Virus record (IMG/VR): IMGVR_UViG_3300050150_000054
Location: 1-35,454 of that record
DNA: 35,454 bases
Reading direction: 5' to 3' (one strand)
DNA from: a virus
Taxonomy: Duplodnaviria > Caudoviricetes
The notes beneath the pieces were generated by a model. The model had not been told where the DNA came from. It ran no database searches and was given only the letters and a program-made list of their open reading frames with translations. The stretch's first letter is position 1, and each line of letters starts with the position of its first letter. This document shows, piece by piece, positions 26,581 to 35,004 of this stretch. Position numbers and translations under genes: made by a program.

Positions 26581-26609
26581 AGAATACAGGTATCGGGGGG
26601 GTGTGTCAA
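26581..26609 (-). promoter_or_regulatory. Late-operon sigma70-type promoter
   Basis: TTGACA (26609-26604), a 17-nt spacer containing a C7 run, TATTCT (26586-26581). Confidence 0.8.
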
Positions 26610-26925
26610 ATCATATCTATTTTCCATTAATATTATTATAATGGGCGCCCGTGTCCTAGTAAAAAACGCGCAACAACTTTTATAGGCTATTTTATCTTTA
26701 TATATATTTACTACCCTATATTTATATTATTCTTTTATATTAAAAAAAGATAAAGAGGGTGGGACAATATTAATAATCACTGGAAAATGCCATATTTTTC
26801 TAGGTTTGAAGTGTGGCCTGTGGAAGTGCTTTTTTGCTAGGCTTGTCCTAGACCAAAACATCGTTTTTAGGGTGTTTTCAATTTTCTTATATTTATGGGG
26901 GGGGAGGGGTATATAAATATGGGTA
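26610..26925. other. AT-rich non-coding control region / candidate replication origin
   Basis: Longest non-coding stretch, between the divergent arms and upstream of the primase; AT tracts and TGTCCTAG twice. Confidence 0.45.
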
Positions 26926-26972
26926 TTGACAAAAAATGGGAAAAAAGGCTATATGGCCTATCTGACAGGCCA
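26926..26972 (+). promoter_or_regulatory. Replication-operon promoter plus palindromic operator
   Basis: TTGACA-16-GCTATA (alphaproteobacterial-style -10) and TGGCCT-N7-AGGCCA at 26954-26972. Confidence 0.7.
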
Positions 26973-26989
26973 CAACGAAAGGACAAAAT

Positions 26990-27232
26990 ATGCCAAAAAA
27001 ACTTTATAATTTTAATCTAGATAAAGGCGAAATGGACAAACTTGACCAGCTTTTATCATCTACGAAAATGAATAGAACGGACTTTATTCAGGGTGCGATT
27101 AATCAATATAACAACATGATGTATAATAAAATGGACACGTCAAAACCTCAAAATTGCGATAAATGCGGGTCGATTTACAAAGGCGTAATAAATTGCCCAA
27201 GGTGTATTGACATTGCAAAATCACCCGTATAG
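26990..27232 (+). CDS. Ribbon-helix-helix protein with a C-terminal CxxC...CxxC zinc ribbon
   Basis: KKLYNFNLD....KLD......MNRTDFIQGAI and CDKC...CPRC. Confidence 0.75.
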   Translation: MPKKLYNFNLDKGEMDKLDQLLSSTKMNRTDFIQGAINQYNNMMYNKMDTSKPQNCDKCGSIYKGVINCPRCIDIAKSPV

Positions 27233-27235
27233 GCT
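27207..27235 (+). promoter_or_regulatory. Probable promoter for the primase
   Basis: TTGACA-17-TAGGCT. The ORF-track start at 27207 is really this -35 box. Confidence 0.6.
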
Positions 27236-27266
27236 GTCAAAACCACAGCTAAAATCGGAGGATATT

Positions 27267-29726
27267 TTGGATGAAATAATCAGTAAATTTATTGAGCATA
27301 TGAGGGCGTTTGATTGTCCCCCTGCTGATACGTCTGCTATTGTTGCCGATGATAAGCCGCATTATTATCAGATTGATGGCGATAAACGCGGGGTTAAAAA
27401 GGGTCAATACTGCCTATTAATTGATGATATGGGGGGGCTTGGATGGTGTAAAAACTATCGTGAGGGTAAAAGCCACGGTTTCTCAAGTAAAGTTAAAAGG
27501 GAGTGGACGGCGGATGAAAAGGCGGTATGGAAGAAGTCCAGAGATGAGAAGAAAGCGGCGGCAGAGTTAGAAAGTGCCAGATTGCGAAAAGAAGCTGTTG
27601 CACGTTGTAACGAATTAATGAAACGCGCCAAGCCTGCCACAACCCATCCATACTTAACGCGCAAGGGTATTAAACCCACGGGCATATATGAGTTGCGCGA
27701 CTTCCAACTTGCCGACCATATGCCAGTCATATCGCATGGGTTAATTATTCCCGCTTATAAAGACGGCAAACTATCCACTATGCAAGCTATTGATGAACAA
27801 GGCGGCAAGTGGTTTATGTGCGATATAGATGCAACAGGGTCATACGGCGTTATAAAAGGCGCGGATATGGATGTCATATATATAGTTGAAGGCGTAGCGA
27901 CTGGGGCGAGTGTATATGAAGCGGTAGGGCGGACGGTTGTAATTGCTTTTAACGCTGGTAACTTAAAACCTGTTGCTAAGGTAATGCATGAGAAATACCC
28001 GAACGCTCAAATAGTGATAGCCGCCGATAATGACGCTTGGCGGTTTAAGTCACAAAGGCCAAAAGCAGTTAAGGATATAAAGCGCGATGAAGTGGCGGGG
28101 AATGATGCGCGGTGGCAGGAATGGTATGACGCGGGATATTTAGAGAACAAGGGCGTTATTGAAGCGAGACAAGCCGCCGTTGCTATAGGCGGCGCGTCTG
28201 TGTTATATCCAGAGTTTGAATGTTGGCACAAAGACAAGCCGACCGATTGGAATGACGCGCATAAGATATTAGGATTAGACGAGATACGAATTCGGTTAGA
28301 GGCAATCTCTACCGATAGGGCTATCGTTAAGCCAGAACCTCCTCTGGACGCTGTGGTAAGCAATGACGATAGCCCGACCTTTTCACAAGAGCCGCCGCTT
28401 GAATGGCTTATGACTAGACCACCGATAGAAGCATATGAAGATGAAGCGTTGGGGGTTATGGAACTGTATGATCCGAAAGTAAATGATACGCATCAAGATG
28501 TTGTTAATTGGCGCGGTATGTTGCAATTTGACGATAAAGGCAAGTTGAAAACTAATAGCCTTAACAATGTGCAAATAATCCTAGAACATAGCCCTAAATT
28601 CAGAGATATGTTTGCCTATGATGAGTTTGCTCATGAAAAGATATTAGTTCAGTGTCCAGATTGGGAAAATCCTAAGACATTTAAGCCTAGACCAATAACA
28701 GATGAAGATAACACTTGGCTTGCTATGTCACTTGAAAAGCATGGACTAACCTCTGACATGGGCAAGATTAAGAAGATATTGGACGCTGTTATTGTTAAGA
28801 AACGCCGTAACCCAGCGCGAGAGTATTTTAATAGTCTTCAATGGGATGGAATAGAGCGGCTTAATAAATGGCTAACGTATTATGCAGGGGCGGAATATGA
28901 AGATGCGGATTATTTGGCGGCGATTGGCACTAAATGGCTTGTGGCTTGCGTGTCGAGGGTATTTGAGCCTGCTACTAAGTTTGACCATGTTCTTATCTTA
29001 GAGGGAGACCAAGGGGCTAGGAAGTCAACAATGCTTAAAGAGTTAGCAACCATTCGCGGACGCTCATATTTTGATGATACAATCAAGGTGTCCGACTTGG
29101 GTGAAGATAAGACAGTGCCGAAATTGCAAGGCGTGTTAATTATTGAGCTTGCAGAGATGGCAGGATTGCGCAAGTCGGATGTTGATAAGCTTAAACAGCA
29201 AATAACAATCACAGAGGATAGGCTTGTTCGAAAATACGCGAATGAGGCCAGCCGTTTCCCCCGTCAATTTGTTATGGCGGGAACAATCAACCCCGTTAAT
29301 GGCTATTTAGAAGACCCATCAGGTAATAGGCGGTTTTTACCCGTGCGAGTTGGACGCAAGATTGATATTGAAGCTATAGCGCGGGATAAAGAACAACTCT
29401 GGGCAGAAGCTGTGCATTTATATCGTGCCAAGTACCCGCTTTGGATAGATGATGACATTATGGACAAACTAAAGATTGTTCAGATTAGCCGAGAAGTTAT
29501 ATCCCCTTGGTTGCCTGATATTGAACAACTTGTCAGGGGTAAAGAATTTATAAGCAACCAATTAATTTGGGAGACGCTTGGTATTGAGAAGTCAAGGCGC
29601 ACTAATAAAGACTTTACGACGATTAGCAAAATAATGGTTGGCCTTGGGTATAAGCCGACACGCAAGAGATTATCTGGTGAGCGTGAGTATGGATGGCATA
29701 TGGAAGCGCAAGAGGTTTTATTATGA
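27267..29726 (+). CDS. Toprim primase fused to a VapE/VirE-type P-loop helicase
   Basis: HPYLTRKGI, IVEGVATG, AADND, TDWND, LEGDQGARKST, IIELAEM and SGNRRF. The likely start is TTG at 27267 after GGAGGA. Confidence 0.92.
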   Translation: MDEIISKFIEHMRAFDCPPADTSAIVADDKPHYYQIDGDKRGVKKGQYCLLIDDMGGLGWCKNYREGKSHGFSSKVKREWTADEKAVWKKSRDEKKAAAELESARLRKEAVARCNELMKRAKPATTHPYLTRKGIKPTGIYELRDFQLADHMPVISHGLIIPAYKDGKLSTMQAIDEQGGKWFMCDIDATGSYGVIKGADMDVIYIVEGVATGASVYEAVGRTVVIAFNAGNLKPVAKVMHEKYPNAQIVIAADNDAWRFKSQRPKAVKDIKRDEVAGNDARWQEWYDAGYLENKGVIEARQAAVAIGGASVLYPEFECWHKDKPTDWNDAHKILGLDEIRIRLEAISTDRAIVKPEPPLDAVVSNDDSPTFSQEPPLEWLMTRPPIEAYEDEALGVMELYDPKVNDTHQDVVNWRGMLQFDDKGKLKTNSLNNVQIILEHSPKFRDMFAYDEFAHEKILVQCPDWENPKTFKPRPITDEDNTWLAMSLEKHGLTSDMGKIKKILDAVIVKKRRNPAREYFNSLQWDGIERLNKWLTYYAGAEYEDADYLAAIGTKWLVACVSRVFEPATKFDHVLILEGDQGARKSTMLKELATIRGRSYFDDTIKVSDLGEDKTVPKLQGVLIIELAEMAGLRKSDVDKLKQQITITEDRLVRKYANEASRFPRQFVMAGTINPVNGYLEDPSGNRRFLPVRVGRKIDIEAIARDKEQLWAEAVHLYRAKYPLWIDDDIMDKLKIVQISREVISPWLPDIEQLVRGKEFISNQLIWETLGIEKSRRTNKDFTTISKIMVGLGYKPTRKRLSGEREYGWHMEAQEVLL

Positions 29727-29736
29727 TAGAAAAGGT

Positions 29737-29764
29737 TTGACTTATAACAATTAACTGGTAATAT
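29737..29764 (+). promoter_or_regulatory. Possible dedicated promoter of the HNH gene (leaderless-like)
   Basis: TTGACT-16-TAATAT lies 6 nt before ATG 29771, with no SD. Confidence 0.45.
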
Positions 29765-29770
29765 ATACCT

Positions 29771-30535
29771 ATGTCAAAATTTATAAAAAATCAAGTACCT
29801 CATAATTTTAAAGATATAACTGGCCATGTTTTTGGTGATTGGGTTGTTTTGTCAAAAACGGACTTTAAGAAAAACAATCAAATTTTATGGTTATGTAAAA
29901 ATATAGACGGTTCAAAAGCATTAAAGAAAAGAGGAAACCTTATTCTTCATACAAAAAAAACTGGTAAAATTGACAAATCACATTGGACTAGAACAACAGC
30001 AAAAGATAAAGGTTTAACCAGATATTTTAATGGAAAACCATGTCCAAATGGACACGTCGCAGAAAGAATGACATCTAATGCAAGATGCGTTGAATGTTTA
30101 AAGATTTATAAAAAAAGACCAGATAATGTTTTAAAGGAACTAGAAAGATTAAAAAAAGACAGAGAAAATAATCCTGAAAAATATAAGCAAATAAGAATAA
30201 AGAGATGTAAAATTCCTAGAAATAGGCTTGATATGTCATTGCGTCAAAGGCTTGTTGGATGTTTGAAAGAAAAATATAAATCAAAAAACTTTACTTTAAT
30301 TTTTGGATATAGTCTTGACGACCTTAAAATACATTTAGAAAGACAATTTATTAAAGGAATGTCTTGGGATAACTATGGAGATTGGCATGTAGACCACATA
30401 ATCCCAGTTTCACATTTTTCTTATAAAAGTATTAAAGATGAAGATTTTAAAGCGTGTTGGGCATTAACAAACTTAAGACCTTTATGGGCTAAGGAAAATT
30501 ATAAGAAATCCTCAATCAGGACGCATTTGTTATGA
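29771..30535 (+). CDS. Free-standing HNH (EndoVII-like) homing endonuclease, multi-module
   Basis: DITG..FG.W.V...WLC module, YFNGKPC.NGH...R......CVEC module, and GMSWDNYG.WHVDHIIP...NLRPLW..EN nuclease. Confidence 0.88.
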   Translation: MSKFIKNQVPHNFKDITGHVFGDWVVLSKTDFKKNNQILWLCKNIDGSKALKKRGNLILHTKKTGKIDKSHWTRTTAKDKGLTRYFNGKPCPNGHVAERMTSNARCVECLKIYKKRPDNVLKELERLKKDRENNPEKYKQIRIKRCKIPRNRLDMSLRQRLVGCLKEKYKSKNFTLIFGYSLDDLKIHLERQFIKGMSWDNYGDWHVDHIIPVSHFSYKSIKDEDFKACWALTNLRPLWAKENYKKSSIRTHLL

Positions 30536-31929
30536 TAAACCTATTTGAAGACCAATTAGAAAGCGTTAATAAATTACGCCAATCTTTAAAAAGGCATAAG
30601 CGCGTTTTAATGCAGGGGGAAACAGGTTCAGGTAAATCCGTCATGGCGTCATACATGATAAAGAACGCTCTTGATAAAGGAAAAAAATGCGCGTTTATTG
30701 TGCCAAGAAAAGAATTATTAAGACAAATGTCTGAAACTTTTGACAGTTTTGGAATACATCATAGTTATGTGGCGGCGGGTAAGGAATTTAATCCTTTTGC
30801 AAGTGTCCATCTTTGCACAGTTGGAACGTTAGTTAATAAACTTGATAAAATATCGCCTGATATTATTTTCGAGGATGAAGTTCACTATGGCAATGAGCAG
30901 AGAAACAAAATAAACGAACATTTTACCAAAAATGGAACGTGGATAGTTGGATTAACGGCAACGCCTGATAATCCCTTTTTATGTAAATGGTATGATGATA
31001 TTGTTATCGGGAAATCAATTAAAGAGCTTATTGCATTAAAACGGCTGTCTGATTTTAGATATTTTGCGCCAAGCACACCAGATTTATCTATCATTGATAA
31101 TATCGGTAACGACTACCATAAAGGGCAAATTGATGAGTTTATGAGAGAACAATCATATTTAATTGGTGACGCAGTGGCGCATTATAAAAAGTTTGCTATG
31201 GGTAAGCTGAACATGACTTTTTGCACATCTATAAGAAATAGCAATTTGACAGTACAACGATTTAATGATGCAGGAATACCTTCTGCACACATGGACGGAG
31301 AAACACCAGAGGAAGATAGAAGGCGTATAGCGCGTGATTTTGCATTAGGTAGGATATTGAATTTATGCACTGTTGACCTTTGTATGTTTGGGTATGATTT
31401 GAGTTCTGCTTCAGGGATAAAAGGCGTTGCGGTACAATCCATGAGTGACTTGCGCCCATCAAAATCCAAAAACGTACAACGCCAAAAAATAGGGCGAGTA
31501 TTAAGATACAAAGACGAACCCGCTCTAATTTTTGACCACTCATCAAATTACAAAGAACACAACCTACCAGACCATGAGATTAAATGGAAATTAGAACCAC
31601 CGAAGAAAAGCAAGAAAGACACCGAAAAGACGTTACCCACCCGCCAATGTCCGAAATGTTTTTTTGTTCATACCCCTGCACCAATATGCCCGAACTGCAA
31701 TCATGTGTATGAGATTAAAAGCCGCGAGATTGACGAAAAAGATGGTGAACTAATCGAGATAAGCAAGGAAGCTATGGCGGCGGTTAAGAAGGATGCGCGG
31801 AAAGAACAAGGCCGAGCAGATACTCTTGATGATTTAATAGCGATTGGAAAAAAGCGCGGTTACAAGTCACCATCCGCATGGGCTAGTCGTGTATTAGCAG
31901 GAAGGATGATGAAGAATGTGCATAACTAA
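30532..31929 (+). CDS. Superfamily 2 DExH helicase with a C-terminal zinc finger
   Basis: TGSGKS, DEVH, LTATP, QKIGRVLR and CPKC..CPNC. Confidence 0.92.
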   Translation: MINLFEDQLESVNKLRQSLKRHKRVLMQGETGSGKSVMASYMIKNALDKGKKCAFIVPRKELLRQMSETFDSFGIHHSYVAAGKEFNPFASVHLCTVGTLVNKLDKISPDIIFEDEVHYGNEQRNKINEHFTKNGTWIVGLTATPDNPFLCKWYDDIVIGKSIKELIALKRLSDFRYFAPSTPDLSIIDNIGNDYHKGQIDEFMREQSYLIGDAVAHYKKFAMGKLNMTFCTSIRNSNLTVQRFNDAGIPSAHMDGETPEEDRRRIARDFALGRILNLCTVDLCMFGYDLSSASGIKGVAVQSMSDLRPSKSKNVQRQKIGRVLRYKDEPALIFDHSSNYKEHNLPDHEIKWKLEPPKKSKKDTEKTLPTRQCPKCFFVHTPAPICPNCNHVYEIKSREIDEKDGELIEISKEAMAAVKKDARKEQGRADTLDDLIAIGKKRGYKSPSAWASRVLAGRMMKNVHN

Positions 31930-32086
31930 AACCCCTGAACCATTAATAGTTTGCAGTGTATCCCCCGCCGATGATGATGCATTGCAGATATGCAAAGACT
32001 GGATAAAAGAGCAGGGTTACACAAGTGAAACACACCGTATAATGCGTGGAGTTAGTGCCGTATGGGTTGAGGAGAAAAGAAGATGA
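31916..32086 (+). CDS. 56-aa hypothetical protein
   Basis: Translated by hand; fills the gap and has an ATGA overlap with VRR-NUC. Confidence 0.55.
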   Translation: MCITKTPEPLIVCSVSPADDDALQICKDWIKEQGYTSETHRIMRGVSAVWVEEKRR

Positions 32087-32442
32087 AAGAAACTAATATC
32101 GTTAAAGAAACTATGATGGAAGCGTCACGATTAGGGCTTGTGGTATTTCGCCAGAACACAGGGCAACTACAGGACAAAACAGGGCGATGGGTTCAATTCG
32201 GACTTTGCAAAGGGTCAAGTGATTTGATTGGCTTCATTCGTGCGACTGGTCATTTTGTGGCGATTGAGTGCAAGGTTGGAAACGCAAAACCAACAAAAGA
32301 ACAGCAATTATTTCTTGATAATGTAGCGAAATCAGGCGGTTTTTCTTGTGTTATAAATGATGCAAAAAAACTCAAAACGCACCTTGACGAATACAATGCA
32401 ACTCGGTATATTGACCATACCACAGTAACAAAAGGAGATTAA
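32083..32442 (+). CDS. VRR-NUC (PD-(D/E)xK) nuclease
   Basis: FRQNTG, FGLCKGSSDLIG, AIECK and EQQLFL. Confidence 0.92.
   Translation: MKETNIVKETMMEASRLGLVVFRQNTGQLQDKTGRWVQFGLCKGSSDLIGFIRATGHFVAIECKVGNAKPTKEQQLFLDNVAKSGGFSCVINDAKKLKTHLDEYNATRYIDHTTVTKGD
32384..32412 (+). promoter_or_regulatory. Promoter for the recombination genes
   Basis: TTGACG-17-TATATT, then AAGGAG RBS. Confidence 0.7.
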
Positions 32443-33342
32443 ATGACAACACAACTCATGCAAATTAAAAATGAACAATCTTGGTTAGAAAAGCGCAAAG
32501 GATACGTCACAAGTACAGAAGTATCTGCTATTTATGGCCTATCACCATATCAAACTCATTATGAGCTTTGGCATCAGAAGCGCGGATTGTTACCTGTAGT
32601 TAGAGAAGAAAACAATTTCATGCTTTTTGGAAAACTCATGGAAGATGTAGTTTGCCAAATGGCTTTAATTGAACACCCTGACTGGAATATCGCGCCTATG
32701 CGGGTTTTTGCTTTTGATGATGAAGATAAGATAGGATCAAGTTTTGACCGCGTTGTTACTATACCAGATAAAGGCACAGGGCTTTTAGAAATTAAAACAA
32801 CGTCATATAAATATTGGAAAGAAAAGTTTATTGAGCAAGATGGGCATATTGAAGCTACGCCAATGTATGAGGTACAGTTTCAAACAGAACTTGAAGTGTT
32901 GAATAAATATGACTGGATATTGTCGATTGTTTTTATCGCAGATACTCGGACTTTAAAATATATTTTTCGTGAACGCGATAGAGAAATGGGTGCAGTATTG
33001 CGCCAAGCGGTCAAAGAGTTTTGGGATTCGATAGAACCACCAGAACCAGACTTTTTGCGTGATAAATCCGCTATTGCTAAACTTATGCCGACGGCTGAAA
33101 AAGGTAAAGCAATGGATGCAACGAACAATGATCGCGTCATATTTCTTGCGACGGCGATAAGGTCAGAAAAAGACCTTGAAAAACAGAGCAAAGAAAATGC
33201 GGAAACATTCACAGCAGAACTTTTGACACTTGTTCAAGACTACCAATATGTTTGGACGAATACTCATAAAATAACCGTTGTCGATAGTAAGACTGGAACG
33301 AAATCTTTGCGCATTACAGAGAAAGGAAAGAAAGATGAATGA
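32443..33342 (+). CDS. YqaJ/lambda-exonuclease-like recombination nuclease
   Basis: WLEKRK...STEVSAIYGLSPY, GKLME, SFD, LEIKT and Y.VQ.Q. Confidence 0.9.
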   Translation: MTTQLMQIKNEQSWLEKRKGYVTSTEVSAIYGLSPYQTHYELWHQKRGLLPVVREENNFMLFGKLMEDVVCQMALIEHPDWNIAPMRVFAFDDEDKIGSSFDRVVTIPDKGTGLLEIKTTSYKYWKEKFIEQDGHIEATPMYEVQFQTELEVLNKYDWILSIVFIADTRTLKYIFRERDREMGAVLRQAVKEFWDSIEPPEPDFLRDKSAIAKLMPTAEKGKAMDATNNDRVIFLATAIRSEKDLEKQSKENAETFTAELLTLVQDYQYVWTNTHKITVVDSKTGTKSLRITEKGKKDE

Positions 33343-33469
33343 CCCACTAACCATACGCATGGAAAGAGACTTGCGAAAGCAAATCGAAAAACTTGCGAAA
33401 AAAGAACGCCGTAGCCTATCAGGGCAAGTCGTTAAAATACTAACTGAATATTTTATGAAAGGAAAATAA
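33335..33469 (+). CDS. Arc-like ribbon-helix-helix repressor
   Basis: LTIRMERDLRKQIEKLAKKERRSLSGQVVKIL; the real start is ATG 33335. Confidence 0.88.
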   Translation: MNDPLTIRMERDLRKQIEKLAKKERRSLSGQVVKILTEYFMKGK

Positions 33470-33470
33470 C

Positions 33471-33626
33471 ATGATAAGCATTATTATAGCCGCGCCACAA
33501 GGCGCAGAAAAAACAGAAATGGCAAAGCTAATAACTGAAGCGTTTGGTGATACATTTGGCGCGTTTCAAATTTACTCAACAAACTGCGAACTTGATTTAG
33601 AAAATTTCCCAACGGAGGACAAATAA
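33471..33626 (+). CDS. 51-aa protein with a degenerate Walker-A-like start (IIIAAPQGAEKT)
   Basis: Translated by hand; AAGGA RBS; fills the Arc-recT gap exactly. Confidence 0.6.
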   Translation: MISIIIAAPQGAEKTEMAKLITEAFGDTFGAFQIYSTNCELDLENFPTEDK

Positions 33627-33627
33627 C

Positions 33628-34455
33628 ATGACCACAACACAATTAACAGTAATGGGGCAAATTTGCAAAGCTATTGATGTTATGGCTCCAAGCCTTGCAA
33701 CAGACCTTAAAGGCACTGGTATAAGCCCAGAACGCTTTGTTACAACTGCAAAGACAGCCATTCAAACGCACATTCAAAAAGACCGCCTTGAGAAAGCAGA
33801 CCGCAACAGCCTTTATCTTGCTATTAAAAAATCCGCCGCCGATGGCTTAATGCCTGATAATAGAGAAGCCGCTCTTGTTATCTATGGCGACCAAGTGCAG
33901 TACCAGCCAATGGTGCAAGGACTAGTTAAAATGGCTAGGCAATCGGGCGAGATTGAAAGCATTAATGCCGAGGTTGTATATGAGAATGACGAGTTCTATT
34001 TGAACTATGATTTTGACGGCGTTAAATTTAAACACGCGCCAGACTGGAAAGGCGAACGCGGCAAGCCTTGCTTAGTTTGGGCAAGCGTTAAACTTAAATC
34101 AGGTGAGATTATTGCAAGGGCATACCCGAAAGAACGTATCATGCAAATTGCCACACGTTCAAAGCAATCAGGGAATTACAATCCTGAAACTGGTAAAGAT
34201 TGGGAAGAATTTTGGAGAAAAGCGGCGATTAGAAACATTCTAAAATACGCGCCAAAATCAACTCAACTTGAGAAAGTTTTGGAACAACATGATATTGAGT
34301 TTCAAGAACAAAAAGATCCTGAAATTCCAAAAGCGCAAGAGGTTAAATCAGAACCAAAGAAAACAAGGGCAAAGTCTGCAATCATGCCAGAAAAAGAGCC
34401 TGAAATTCTTGATGCTGAAATCGTCGAACAAAACGAATTTGAAGCGCCTATATAG
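33628..34455 (+). CDS. recT: RecT-family single-strand annealing protein
   Basis: ISPERF, GLMPD..EAALV.Y, GLVKMARQSG.I..I.A.VVYENDEF, and RKAAIR..LKYAPKS. Confidence 0.93.
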   Translation: MTTTQLTVMGQICKAIDVMAPSLATDLKGTGISPERFVTTAKTAIQTHIQKDRLEKADRNSLYLAIKKSAADGLMPDNREAALVIYGDQVQYQPMVQGLVKMARQSGEIESINAEVVYENDEFYLNYDFDGVKFKHAPDWKGERGKPCLVWASVKLKSGEIIARAYPKERIMQIATRSKQSGNYNPETGKDWEEFWRKAAIRNILKYAPKSTQLEKVLEQHDIEFQEQKDPEIPKAQEVKSEPKKTRAKSAIMPEKEPEILDAEIVEQNEFEAPI

Positions 34456-34458
34456 CAA

Positions 34459-34484
34459 TTAGAGGGGATTAAACGCCCCTCTAA
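34459..34484 (+). terminator. Hairpin after recT
   Basis: TTAGAGGGG-8 nt-CCCCTCTAA with no immediate U-run. Confidence 0.5.
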
Positions 34485-34537
34485 CCCTACCATTCCCGCC
34501 ATTTTTGAAAATAAATGAAAAAAGTGCATTTTGTTGA

Positions 34538-34566
34538 TTGACAACCAGCCACCATGTCTATATAAC
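34538..34566 (+). promoter_or_regulatory. Sigma70-type early promoter (twin of 4461)
   Basis: TTGACA-17-TATAAC with an A/T-rich UP region; RBS ACGAAGGAGAG at 34584-34594. Confidence 0.85.
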
Positions 34567-34600
34567 TTAACTCACGAACAAACACGAAGGAGAGTTAAAA

Positions 34601-34870
34601 ATGACAACACAATCAAAACACACCCCTGCGCCTTGGTACATATCACCAAACTCTAATCCACCAAAAATTAGAACAGAGAAAAAAACGCTTTGTCAGATGA
34701 TGGGGCGCACCAATCAGGAATATAGCCGCAACGAAATGGATGCCAACGCCCAACTAATTGCCGCCGCGCCTGAATTGTTGGATGCTTTGGAATTGGCTTT
34801 ATCAAAAGATATGTTATCAGGTGAAGTTGCGGACAAAGCACGCGAGGCAATCGACAAGGTTAGGGGGTAA
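34601..34870 (+). CDS. Conserved phage early protein (HTP.PW...ANA.LIAAAPELL family)
   Basis: Recognisable motif, with promoter and RBS. Confidence 0.85.
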   Translation: MTTQSKHTPAPWYISPNSNPPKIRTEKKTLCQMMGRTNQEYSRNEMDANAQLIAAAPELLDALELALSKDMLSGEVADKAREAIDKVRG

Positions 34871-34872
34871 TC

Positions 34873-34995
34873 ATGCTTAAGCAAATCTTACTCACCATCC
34901 TAATCGCGGCATTATCTGCAAGTATCACGGCGAATTATTTTTTATACAAACAAACGCCGTACATTGAACCAATTGAACTTAAAGAATTGAAATAG
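34873..34995 (+). CDS. 40-aa single-TM protein (MLKQILLTILIAALSASITANYFLY...)
   Basis: Translated by hand; GGGGG RBS. Confidence 0.65.
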   Translation: MLKQILLTILIAALSASITANYFLYKQTPYIEPIELKELK

Positions 34996-35004
34996 GAGAA
35001 TAAA

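Noticed and set aside
26897-26940. G-quadruplex upstream of the replication promoter
   Set aside because: G-runs are present, but the loop geometry is poor and nothing else supports it.
27213-27240. Antisense promoter from TGTCAA at 27235-27240
   Set aside because: The matching -10 (TGCAAT) lacks the critical adenine. It may be an operator half-site, but support is too weak.
1790-34850. Alternative-frame and antisense ORFs in the track (e.g. 1830-2192, 8605-8976, 12006-12359, 22795-23166, 28007-28363)
   Set aside because: They are nested in well-supported genes and show no recognisable motifs, so they are shadow ORFs.
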